A stretch of DNA of 64,000 nt, from contig CAXXUA010000013.1 of the NCBI GenBank assembly GCA_963663765.2, positions 608,001 to 672,000 on the forward strand, in the 5' to 3' direction. Every line of letters starts with the position of its first letter. Position 1 is the stretch's first letter. Shown here piece after piece: positions 22,301-32,200 of the stretch. Source of the stretch: Candidatus Poribacteria bacterium. Its GTDB lineage: Bacteria; Poribacteria; WGA-4E; WGA-3G. Both the position numbers and the translations under genes were made by a program. The notes beneath the pieces were generated by a model. The model saw only the letters and a list, made by a program, of their open reading frames with translations. It had not been told where the DNA came from and did no database searches.

Positions 22301-25300
22301 AGTGGGGCGAAATCTGAAATCGAATTGCCACTCAGACTGAGCCATGTCAACTTAGTCAACCCAGAAACCGCTGATATATCGATGATAGAATTGCCACCCA
22401 GCCAGAGCTCTGTCAACGAAGTCAACCCAGAAACCGCTGATATATCGCTAATGGAATTGCCACTCAGAAAGAGCGATGTCAACGTAGTCAACCCAGAAAC
22501 CGCCGATATATCGCTGATGGAATTACCACTCAGACTGAGCCATGTCAGCGAAGTCAACCCAGAAATTACTGATATATCGCTGATGGAATTGTCTTCAAGA
22601 CTGAGGTGTGTCAACTTAGTCAACCCAGAAACTACTGATATATCGCTGATGGAATTGTCACCCAGAAAGAGCGATGTCAGTGCGGTGAGACCCTCAAAAT
22701 CACCAGTTTTCAAGGAGGAAATTGATTCATCCTCTAAATTAAGTTCCGTGATTGCCGCAAGGTGTGTTGCTGTTACATCGGCTGCAGAATCTATCCCATC
22801 AACAGCTGCCACAATAGCGTCCTGAACTTGTTGCGTGCGTCCACTTACTGGGTATGTCAGTTCGACAGTCGCAGCTGTGACAGTCACAGAAATAGTCTGT
22901 GTTACAGACAAACTCTCATCGTTTGCGGTAACCGTGATAGTAGCAGTTCCAACCGCTACTGCGCTAATCGACACTTGAGCACCGGAAACACTTGCTGTTG
23001 CCACACCGCTATTACTTGAGCTTGCTGTATACGTGAGATTATCGCCATCTGGATCAGTGAAATAACTTGAAACAGTCAAGAGTAGGGCAGAGTCATCCGA
23101 TTGCATCGTCTGTGCTGGAATAGAACCAACAGCAGTCGGCGCACGGTTCGCACCATTTACAGCTTCTGTGATATTGATCGTGACAGCCAGCGTATCTGTT
23201 GCCGAATGCCTATCCCTTGCGGTTATGGTGAGGGTGTACGTAGGCTTTGTTTCAAAATCATAAGAAGAAATACGCGTCAGTAACTGTCCAGTATGCGTAT
23301 TAAGTGTAAACCCATTCCAATCCTCGTTTGGTCCCGATTCGACATACAGCACAAAGTCACCATCTTGGTCGGTAGCGAGGACCGGTGTTCCAACTATTTG
23401 TCCTGAAGTAGTATTCTCAGGAATTGAATAAGTAACACTTTCAACAGGAAAGACAGGAGGATCGTTGACATCAGTAACCGTAATTGTTACTTGAATACTG
23501 GTACTGAGCTCACCATCTGAGGCTATGACTTCAACGGAATAAGTGCCTTTGGTTTCATGATCCAATGCATTCTTCGTTTTCAACTGTCCTGATTGTTCTG
23601 ATGTCGTAACAATACTAAAAGAAGCCGCATCTGTCCCGCCAAGACTGTAGCTCAATGGGTCACTATCAGGATCAGAAGCAGAGAAAGGTAGACCAATATC
23701 AGTGTTAGCGTCGGTGTTTTCAGCAATTTCTCGTGTAGCACTTGCGCCACCTGTAAACACTGGAGCATTGTTAACATTCTCGTCAATATTAGTGATTCTG
23801 ATTACTACTGGAAGAGTATCAGTTGCACCACTACTATCTTCAGCCCTTATCGTCACTCTGAAAACTGATTTGGTTCCAAAATCAAATGCTTGTTGTGTCT
23901 CGAACTTTCCGACAATTCCATCAGCGATGCTGAATGCTGAAGAATCCGACCCAGTGAGTGTTATTGATAACGACTCTCTTGTGTCATCTTGATCCGTTAG
24001 AGTCACTTCTGAACCAAAAATAGTTCCTATCGGCGTATTTTCAGGTATTGTATACGTTAAACTATCAACAGCAAAGACAGGCGGATCGTTGACATCAGTA
24101 ATGTCAATCGTCACTCCAGTAGAAACAATTAAGCCGAAATCAGAAATCCACAAGGTTAGTGAGTAAGAGTTTTTGATTTCGTAATCCAATGGACTCTTGG
24201 TTCTAAATTGTCCACTTCTGGGATCAATGTCAAACAACTCTTTACCAACCCCATCTATTACGTATTCTAAACAATCATTATCAGGATCAGAAGTTGTTAT
24301 TGGATTTCCGATGTTCACACCGGCAGGTGTATTTTCAGGAATACTCATGGTATAGGGACCTGGAACTGTAAACATAGGATCTCGGTTGTTTTCACGTACA
24401 TTCACTTCATTAACGTTGATGGTGACAACAATGCTATCTGAAAGTTTTCCATCTGAGACTCTGATAGTCACAGAATAGGACTTTTTATCACAATACGTTG
24501 TGCCTTTAGTTTGCAACTGTCCAGTTGTCCTAACAATGTCAAAGGATAGTCCATCGGTACCACCAAGTGTATATGTTAAGTTATTTTGATTAGCATCCGT
24601 TGCAGCAATAGGTAGACCGATATTCCTACCAGTATCAGTATTTATTGGAACGGTACGAGTCGCAGTTGTTCCTTCTGTAAACACTGGTGCTTTGTTAGCA
24701 GTACTCTCGACAATATCTATAATTCTGATTACTACCGGAAGTGTATCAGTTGCACCATTACTATCTTCAGCCCTTATCGTCACTCTGAAAACTGATTTGG
24801 TTTCATAATCAAATGCTTGTTGTGTCTCGAACTTTCCGATATTTCCGTCAGCGATGCTGAAGGTTGAAGAATCTGACCCAGTGAGTGTTATTGATAACGA
24901 TTCTCTTGTGTCATCCTGGTCCGTTAGAGTCACCTCTGAACCAAAAATAGTTCCTATCGGGGTGTTTTCACGAATTGAATAAGTGATACTTTCAACAGCA
25001 AAGACAGGCGGATCGTTGACATCAGTAACCGTAATACTTACTTGAATACTGCTGCTGAGATCACCATCTGACGCTATGACTTCAACGGAATAAGTGCCTT
25101 TGGTTTCATGATCCAATGCATTCTTCGTTTTCAACTGTACTGTTTGTTCTGTTGTCGTAACAATACTAAAAGAAGCCGCATCTGTACCGCCAAGACTGTA
25201 GCTCAATGTGTCACCATCAGGATCAGAAGCAGAGAAGGGTAGACCAATATAAGTGTTAGCGTCGGTGTTTTCAGCAATTTCTCGTGTAGCACTTGCGCCA

Positions 25301-28300
25301 GCTGTAAACACTGGAGCATTGTTAACATTCTCGTCAATATTAGTGATTCTGATTACTACCGGAAGTGTATCAGTTGCACCACTACTATCTTCAGCCCATA
25401 TCGTCACTCTGAAAACTGATTTGGTTCCAAAATCAAATGCTTGTTTTGTCTTGAACTTTCCGATATTTCCATCAGCGATGCTGAAGGCTGAAGAATCTGA
25501 ATCAGTGAGTGTTATTGATAACGACGTGTCATCCTGGTCCGTTAGAGTCACCACTGAACCAAAAATATGTCCTATCGGGGTGTTTTCAGGAATTGAATAA
25601 GTAACACTTTCAACAGCAAAGACAGGCGGATCGTTGACATCAGTAACCGTAATACTTACTTGAATACTGGTACTGAGATCACCATCTGACGCTATGACTT
25701 CAACGGAATAAGTGCCTTTGGTTTCATGATCCAATGCACTATTCGTTCTCAACTGTACTGTTTGTTCTGTTGTCGTAACAATACTAAAAGAAGCCGCATC
25801 TGTCCCGCCGAGACTGTAGCGCAATGTGTCACCATCAGGATCAGAAGCAGAGAAAGGTAGACCAATATCAGTGTTAGCGTCGGTGTTTTCAGCAATTTCT
25901 CGTGTAGCACTTGCGCCAGCTGTAAACACTGGAGCATTGTTAGTAGCATTCACGTCAATATCTATGATTCTGATTTCTACCGGAAGTGTATCTGTAGCAC
26001 CACTACTATCTTCTACCCTTATCGTTACGTTGAAAACTGATTGGGTTTCATAATCAAATGATTGTTGAACCACAAACTTTCCAACAATTCCATCAGCGAT
26101 GCTGAACCCCGAAGCATCTGACCCAGTGAGTGTTATTGATAACGACTCTCTTGTGTCATCCTGGTCCGTTAGAGTCACCTCTGAACCAAAAACATGTCCT
26201 ATCGGGGTGTTTTCAGGAATTGAATAAGTAACACTTTCAACAGCAAAGATAGGCGGATCGTTGACATCAGTAACCGTAATACTTACTTGAATACTGGTAC
26301 TGAGATCACCATCTGACGCTATGACTTCAACGGAATAAGTGCCTTTGGTTTCATGATCCAATGCACTATTCGTTTTCAACTGTCCCGTTGTAGAATCAAT
26401 ATCAAACACTGCAGCATCAGCACCGCTAAGGTTATAGGTAAGTATATCGTTATTCCCATCTGTTGCAGTGATTGCATCCCCGATGTTTATCCCCGCAACC
26501 GTATTCTCTGCAACAGAACGTGTCGTGTTGGCACCTTCTGTAATAACAGGAGCAACTTCAATACGGGAGAGAATTTCAAGTGGTAACGTATCTGATTTGA
26601 CCAATTCATAACCGGTATGCAGTGAGGGTAGACTTGGTAAAGTGCTAATATCTACTGAAACAGCATTGAATGTATTCGGTCTACGTGTGAGAGTATAAAC
26701 ATCACTTTCAACACTTCCTTTTGGAATGGTAATGCTGCCAATACCATCTGCGGTATTTGCGTTGTTTGCCACCACGTTGAGCACAATATCAAAGGGGGCA
26801 CCGGTCGGGACAACCGCTTTGAATGCACTTTCATCAACCTTTTCTAATAATACAGTCAAAGGTAACGGATCAATTGCGTTCCCACTTAGGTCTAAAGATT
26901 CTAAATTTGTCAGTCCCTTAAAAATACCATCTGGCAGTAACGCCAACCGATTTCCGCGAAAATAAATAGTGTCTAATGCATCTAAGCCAGCAAATATTTC
27001 AGCAGGTAGGTCTGTCAACGTATTATTATTTAGATACAGTGTTGTGAGTGACAGAAATCCAGAGAAATCATCTGTTCTAAGAGACACGATTCTCATTTCG
27101 TCCAAATTAAGGAACGTAATGGTAGCGATATCCACATTTGCTACGTTTTGACAATGCATGAGAAATGGATACATTGCTTCTATCGCTGAAACCACCTCCG
27201 GGGTGCGATAACAAGCTGTAGATCTCGTAAGAATATAACCGTAATGATTCAGGGGTAATCCCGGCAATGGACCAATACTTACTGACGCAGGTGTCAACGT
27301 GTCAGTAGTGGGAACGATTGTAAACGGTTGACTTGTTAGAGTTCCTGTCAGCACCGTTGCTGTTGATACGCCACTACTGATATGTCCGTTAGCAACCTGA
27401 ATTGGAACGACAATGTCAAACGGTGCCCCACTCGGGACATATACCTGAAACACGTTTTTCTCAACCTGTTGCAAAGAGACAAAAATCGGTAGTGGGTCAA
27501 GTAGGTTGTTCCCTAATCGAAGGGTTGTCAGTGATGTAAGTCCCTGAAAAATGCCAATCGGTAGTGCCGTCAGCATATTATCGTAAAGATTGATATCTGT
27601 AAGAGATGACATACCTGAGAAATCAGTCGATTGCAGTTCTGTTATACCGGTATCCCGTAGATTGAGTGAAGTAATCGCCGCTATGTGTGCCTCGCTTATC
27701 TCATCTTCACTGACGATATCAACGATTTGATCTTGTACTTGTTGGGTACGTTCATTAAGTGGTAGGAATTCAGATACAAAGGCAGTTTCTGCCAAATCTA
27801 TAACCTGGATGACCACAGTGATTATGTCGCTGAGGTCACCATCTGTAACCGTGATAGTTACCTTATATAAGGATTTCTTTCCGAAATCTAACGCTTCTTT
27901 TGTCTTGAGTTGACCTGTGTTACTATTGATGCTAAACGTTGCAGCATCGATCCCAGCAAGAGTGTATGTAAGGGTATCTGCTGCATTATCTTTATCTGTT
28001 TTTTCAGTTATATCTATTGCGACCACTGGTGTGCCGATGTTGACTTCTGCCTCACTGTTCTCTGCAATTTTACGGACAGTGATAGCACCCTCCGTGAACT
28101 GAGGGGCAGGGTTGTCAATTAAGTCGATGACGTTGACCGTGACAGTTATGGTGTCTGTGAGCAGACCATCTGAGGTAGTGATGGTAATAGAATAAAGAGG
28201 TTTTGTTTCGTAATCCAGAGATGTCTTCGTTTTTAGTTGTCCACTCTCAGAATCAATAGAAAACGCCGATGCGTCAATACCACCAAGTGTATACGTAAGT

Positions 28301-29094
28301 GGGTCGTCCTCAGTATCTGTAGCTGCAATCGGTGTGCCGATGTTGACATCTGTTTCAGTATTCTCAACGATCGATCGGGTAGCACTGGAACCCTCAACAA
28401 ACATCGGAGCAGTGTTACCTATGATTACTTCAGTAGGCACTGTTTCGGATTTGGATAACATATAACCGTAATGGTTCTGGGGTAGGTTGGGTAAAGAACT
28501 GAAATCTACGATGACAGATATTCTATCTATTGTTTGAGATACTGTGAGAGTTCCGCTATCTCTACTACCTTTTGCTATGGTTAAGGTGTTAGCATCAGTG
28601 TTAATACTACCGTTGCTGACACTGACAGGAACGACTATCTCAAACGGTGCCCCTGTCGGCACCACTGCTTTAAATTCGTTTTCTCCAACCTTTTCCAGTG
28701 TAACCGTAATAGGAAACGGATCAACAGTATTACGACCTAACCTCAATGATGTCAACGCGGTGAGACCATCAAAAATACCATCTGGAAGGCTGCTAAGTTG
28801 ATTATCATACAAGTTAATATTAGTCAGACCGGACATCCCAGAGAAATCACCCGATTTCAGTGCTGTAATACCTTTAGCTCGCAGATCGAGTGTCGTAACC
28901 GCTGCAAGGTGAGTCTCTGTTACATCTGCGGCAGAATCAACTGCTGCCGCCTCGACTATAGCAGTCTGCACCTCTGTTGTACGCTCACTGACTGGTGTAA
29001 TGTCCGCCGAACTTGCAACTGATAAACCAAAGAAAACTAATGAAAAAAGTACAATAGATATTACAGAATTCAGATTCTTGAGTCGTGTTTTCAT
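19345..29094 (-). CDS. Giant secreted LRR + cadherin-repeat protein, paralogue 3 (3249 aa), with five internalin-like LRR cassettes
   Basis: Signal peptide, three 24-aa LRR blocks, about 13 cadherin repeats, one Ig-like repeat, five cassettes of 22-aa LRRs (LTxLxLxxNSISDISAVSG), same C-terminal domain. Confidence 0.95.
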   Translation of the reverse strand: MKTRLKNLNSVISIVLFSLVFFGLSVASSADITPVSERTTEVQTAIVEAAAVDSAADVTETHLAAVTTLDLRAKGITALKSGDFSGMSGLTNINLYDNQLSSLPDGIFDGLTALTSLRLGRNTVDPFPITVTLEKVGENEFKAVVPTGAPFEIVVPVSVSNGSINTDANTLTIAKGSRDSGTLTVSQTIDRISVIVDFSSLPNLPQNHYGYMLSKSETVPTEVIIGNTAPMFVEGSSATRSIVENTETDVNIGTPIAATDTEDDPLTYTLGGIDASAFSIDSESGQLKTKTSLDYETKPLYSITITTSDGLLTDTITVTVNVIDLIDNPAPQFTEGAITVRKIAENSEAEVNIGTPVVAIDITEKTDKDNAADTLTYTLAGIDAATFSINSNTGQLKTKEALDFGKKSLYKVTITVTDGDLSDIITVVIQVIDLAETAFVSEFLPLNERTQQVQDQIVDIVSEDEISEAHIAAITSLNLRDTGITELQSTDFSGMSSLTDINLYDNMLTALPIGIFQGLTSLTTLRLGNNLLDPLPIFVSLQQVEKNVFQVYVPSGAPFDIVVPIQVANGHISSGVSTATVLTGTLTSQPFTIVPTTDTLTPASVSIGPLPGLPLNHYGYILTRSTACYRTPEVVSAIEAMYPFLMHCQNVANVDIATITFLNLDEMRIVSLRTDDFSGFLSLTTLYLNNNTLTDLPAEIFAGLDALDTIYFRGNRLALLPDGIFKGLTNLESLDLSGNAIDPLPLTVLLEKVDESAFKAVVPTGAPFDIVLNVVANNANTADGIGSITIPKGSVESDVYTLTRRPNTFNAVSVDISTLPSLPSLHTGYELVKSDTLPLEILSRIEVAPVITEGANTTRSVAENTVAGINIGDAITATDGNNDILTYNLSGADAAVFDIDSTTGQLKTNSALDHETKGTYSVEVIASDGDLSTSIQVSITVTDVNDPPIFAVESVTYSIPENTPIGHVFGSEVTLTDQDDTRESLSITLTGSDASGFSIADGIVGKFVVQQSFDYETQSVFNVTIRVEDSSGATDTLPVEIRIIDIDVNATNNAPVFTAGASATREIAENTDANTDIGLPFSASDPDGDTLRYSLGGTDAASFSIVTTTEQTVQLRTNSALDHETKGTYSVEVIASDGDLSTSIQVSITVTDVNDPPVFAVESVTYSIPENTPIGHIFGSVVTLTDQDDTSLSITLTDSDSSAFSIADGNIGKFKTKQAFDFGTKSVFRVTIWAEDSSGATDTLPVVIRITNIDENVNNAPVFTAGASATREIAENTDANTYIGLPFSASDPDGDTLSYSLGGTDAASFSIVTTTEQTVQLKTKNALDHETKGTYSVEVIASDGDLSSSIQVSITVTDVNDPPVFAVESITYSIRENTPIGTIFGSEVTLTDQDDTRESLSITLTGSDSSTFSIADGNIGKFETQQAFDYETKSVFRVTIRAEDSNGATDTLPVVIRIIDIVESTANKAPVFTEGTTATRTVPINTDTGRNIGLPIAATDANQNNLTYTLGGTDGLSFDIVRTTGQLQTKGTTYCDKKSYSVTIRVSDGKLSDSIVVTINVNEVNVRENNRDPMFTVPGPYTMSIPENTPAGVNIGNPITTSDPDNDCLEYVIDGVGKELFDIDPRSGQFRTKSPLDYEIKNSYSLTLWISDFGLIVSTGVTIDITDVNDPPVFAVDSLTYTIPENTPIGTIFGSEVTLTDQDDTRESLSITLTGSDSSAFSIADGIVGKFETQQAFDFGTKSVFRVTIRAEDSSGATDTLPVVIRITNIDENVNNAPVFTGGASATREIAENTDANTDIGLPFSASDPDSDPLSYSLGGTDAASFSIVTTSEQSGQLKTKNALDHETKGTYSVEVIASDGELSTSIQVTITVTDVNDPPVFPVESVTYSIPENTTSGQIVGTPVLATDQDGDFVLYVESGPNEDWNGFTLNTHTGQLLTRISSYDFETKPTYTLTITARDRHSATDTLAVTINITEAVNGANRAPTAVGSIPAQTMQSDDSALLLTVSSYFTDPDGDNLTYTASSSNSGVATASVSGAQVSISAVAVGTATITVTANDESLSVTQTISVTVTAATVELTYPVSGRTQQVQDAIVAAVDGIDSAADVTATHLAAITELNLEDESISSLKTGDFEGLTALTSLFLGDNSISDISVVSGLTKLTHLSLEDNSISDISVISGLTSLTWLSLSGNSISDISAVSGLTTLTSLFLSGNSISDISAVSGLTSLTELWLGGNSIIDISAVSGLTKLTWLSLSGNSISDFAPLRTLIAAIEADNRSLELDITIPAATLLSGRTQQVQDAIVAAVDGIDSAADITEIHLAAISELDLSNESISSLKSGDFGGLTALMWLDLGRNSISDISPLSGLTVLTVLNLGRNSISDISPLSGLTKLIGLDLGRNSISNISALSGLTKLTQLYLNGNSISDVSPLEGLTSLTTLRLNGNSISDYSPLRTLVAAIEADNRSLELDITIPAPTLLSGRTQQVQTAILAAVDGIDSASDVTATHLAAITELDLNFKSISSLKSGDFAGLTALTSLDLAENSFSDISALSGLTTLTKLFLGNNSISNISAVSGLTNLTELDLYDNSISNISSVSGLTKLTKLYLDGNSISDISAVSGLTVLKELYLDNNSISDVSPLEGLTSLRTLRLSGNSISDYAPLGRLVAAIKAAGGSLDLDITILVSVPVSGRTQQVQDAIVAAVDGIDSAEDVTVTHLAAITELDLNDKSISALKSGDFEGLTSLISLDLADNSISDISSISGLTTLTSLDLGDNSIIDISAVSGLTALTSLDLYENSIINISAVSGLTSLTWLSLDENSISDISSVSELTKLTRLFLDSNSISDVSPLEGLTSLNTLYLSGNSISNYVPLRTLVAAIEADDRTLTLDITIPIFVPVSERTQQVQDAIVAAVDGINSASDVTETHLAAITELDLFDKSISSLKSGDFNNLTVLTTLDLEGNSISDISAVSGLTTLTELWLDVNSISDISAVSGLTKLTELGLSVNSISDISAVSGLTVLKELYLGNNHSISDISALSGLTKLTELSMFGNSISDISAVSGLTALIELDLNQNSISDISALSGLTKLTGLNLYENSISNVSPLEGLTSLEYLFLSDNPISDYAPLRRLVAAIEADNRTLELDIIIPSTGAPSITNPPIQTSLLPNYPNPFNPETWIPYQLAKPSDVTLTIYNVRGVLVRELALGHRAAGVYYSRPRAAHWDGKNNLGEKVAGGVYFVKFKAGNYTKIRKMLIRK

Positions 29095-29284
29095 AGGATG
29101 AGTCCTTTATATAATAAAGTTATAGTAAAAATAAAGTTATAGTAAAAATCATAATTTTTCACACAGTACGGTGGGTTCGGTTTCCTAACCGAACCGGTGT
29201 TTGTTCAGTCTCATAGATGTGGTCAGGAAACCTTGCATACCGTTGATAGAAAGTGTAGATATAATTCTATGCTTCACCGTAAGT

Positions 29285-32200
29285 CTATTTTCGAATCATC
29301 ATCTTACGGGTAGCAGTGAAATCACCTGCTTTGAAGGTGACAAAGTAGACTCCCGTTGCAACCATCTCACCCAAAGAGTTCCTACCATTCCAATATGCAG
29401 CGCGCGCACGACTTTGGTAATATCCAGCAGGTTGATGTCCTAATGCCAACTCACGCACAACAACGCCACGCATATTGTATATCGTCATCGTAACATCAGA
29501 TGCTTCAGATAACTGATAGGGTATCCACGTTTCTGGATTGAACGGGTTCGGATAATTTTGATTAAATGATGTGAAATCAGGTATTGGTTGTGAATTCGTT
29601 GGAGCACCGAAAATAATTTGATTCGGTGGATTGAGGGTGATTGGTAAATTGCTCGATTTCACTAATGATAAACCAGTAAACCTTGAAGGCACTACGGCTA
29701 AATCATCAATATTTACACTAACCGAGGTTGGAGATAAAGCGAATTCTATCTCCTGCTCACTCTGAGTAGCTCCCTTTTTAATACCTAAAGTGTATGAAAT
29801 TTCATCATGTCCAATAGTAACGGTAACTGGGACATCCAATTGATACGGAATACCAGTATTAACTTCTGCAGTGAACTTAGTTTCACTTAATTTATTGAGA
29901 GATACCGTCATATTAAGTAGTGTAGTGCGATTATTAGCTGCCTTAATGGTATTAATAGAGGTCAACCCTTTAAAAATGTCATTTGGCAGTCTTTGTAAAA
30001 GATTATTCTCAAAATTCAGATGCGTTAGTGATGACAATTCCTGAAAGACTGATGAACTGAGACTGGAAATAGTGTTATAATGGAGATTTAACTTTTTCAG
30101 ACTGGATAGATCATCAAATATACCCGATGGCAAACCGGTAATGAAATTGTGATTCAAGTGAAGTTCTTTCAAGAGACTTAAACCATCAAATAGATCCGAT
30201 GGTAAAGTATGAAGATTATTGTTGTCCAAGTGTAGTTTTGTCAAAGAACTAAAACTATCAAACAGATCTACATGCAGACTTGTGAAACTATTATCACTTA
30301 AATTTAATTCTTCCAATGAAGTTAAGCCATCCAGATGATTAGAGGTGATTTCGGAGAGTGATTTATCTGATAAATCAAGCGTTTTTATACTCAACATATG
30401 TGCGTCTGTTACATCGCTTGCTTTATTTACCCCATTTATTGCCGCAACAATTGCATTACGCACTTTAGCTGGACGTTGGCTTAATGGGACGGATTCAAAT
30501 ACATCAGTGACTTGAATGGTAACGTCAATTGATTTATTACCGTCACTATTTGTAGCGACAACCCTTATGGAGTATGATTTCTTGGATTCATAGTCCAATG
30601 CAGCTCTGGTCCTTAACTGTCCAGATGTGCGACCAATTCTAAATCTATTCGCATCAGTCCCCCTAAGTGAGAAAGTAATTGGTCTTATCCCCCTCACTCC
30701 AAATGGGTCACCTATACTCGTATTTGCAGGGGTGTTTTCATCTACTGAAAGGGTAAGGTTATCTGTATCTATATCTAAAAAGATGGGTGGATTAACATCG
30801 GTCACATCATTCACATTGACGGTTACATCAATGGTGTCAGTGCTGTTGTCTGGATCAGTAGCAGTAATTGTCAAGGCGTATGATGTTTTTGTCTCATAAT
30901 CCAAAAAACCACTCGTACGTAACTGTCCAGAATCTTCAACCAAATCAAAATTGTTTGCATCTGTTCCACCGAGCGTATAGGTCAGGTCGTCGCCATCTTC
31001 ATCTGTTGCTGTAATAGGATCTCCAATGTTTGTATCAGCATCAGTATTCTCGTCTATAGACAGAGTTGTAGAATCATTTGCAAACACGGGTGCATCATTG
31101 GCATCACTCACATTTATAGTAATGTTAATGGTGTCTGATAGCGTTTCATCGGATGCAGTGACAACTACAGCATAGCTGCTCTTTGTTTCATAGTTGAGAG
31201 CTGCTTTTGTTTTTATTTGACCATTAGTTGTGTCAATGTCAAACGAGGCGGCATCTGTGCCACTGAGAGCATAAGTCAAGGTATCCTCATCTGCATCCGT
31301 AGCGGCGACAGCAGTTCCGATGTTCTGTGCTGTAGCGGTATTTTCAGCGACGGTGCGTGTTGCGCTTTCACCTTCAGTGAATTCGGGTGCATTTGCGACA
31401 ACTTCTTCCACATCTGTAATGTTGATAGTGACATTGATTGTATCCGAAGCGTCATCACCATCTTTAGCAGTAACCGTCACAGCATAGCTGCTCTTTGTTT
31501 CATAGTCCAGACTTGCTTTTGTCTTTAGCTGCCCATCAGTGCTGCCAATATCAAATGAGGCTTCATCAGTGCCACCGAGCGTATAGGTCAGGGTGTCTTC
31601 ATCTTCATCTGTTGCTGAAATAGGATCGCCAATGTTTGTATCAGCATCAGTATTCTCTGCTATAGACCGAGTTGCAGACTCAGCTGCAAATGCGGGTGCC
31701 TCGTTGACATCAGTAACATTTATGGTAATGTTAATCGTATCGGATAGATTTTCATCCGATGCAGTTACGACCACAGAATAGCTGCTCTTTGTTTCATAGT
31801 TGAGAGCTGCTTTTGTCTTTAGCTGCCCATCAGTGCTGCCAATATCAAATGAGGCTTCATCAGTGCCACCGAGCGTATAGGTCAGGGTGTCTTCATCTTC
31901 ATCTGTTGCTGAAACAGGATCGCCAATGTTTGTATCAGCATCAGTATTCTCTGCTATAGACCGAGTTGCAGACTCAGCTGCAAATGCGGGTGCCTCGTTG
32001 ACATCAGTAACATTTATGGTAATGTTAATAGTATCGGATAGATTTTCATCCGAAGCAGTGACAACTACAGCATAACTTTTCTTGTTTTCATAGTTGAGAG
32101 CTACTTTTGTCTTTATTTGACCATTAGTTGTGTCAATGTCAAACGAAGCGGCATCTGTGCCACTGAGAGCATAAGCCAATGTATCCTCATCTGCATCCGT

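Noticed and set aside
19670-22860. Diversity-generating retroelement acting on the LRRs
   Set aside because: No reverse transcriptase and no template/variable repeat pair differing only at adenines seen in the window
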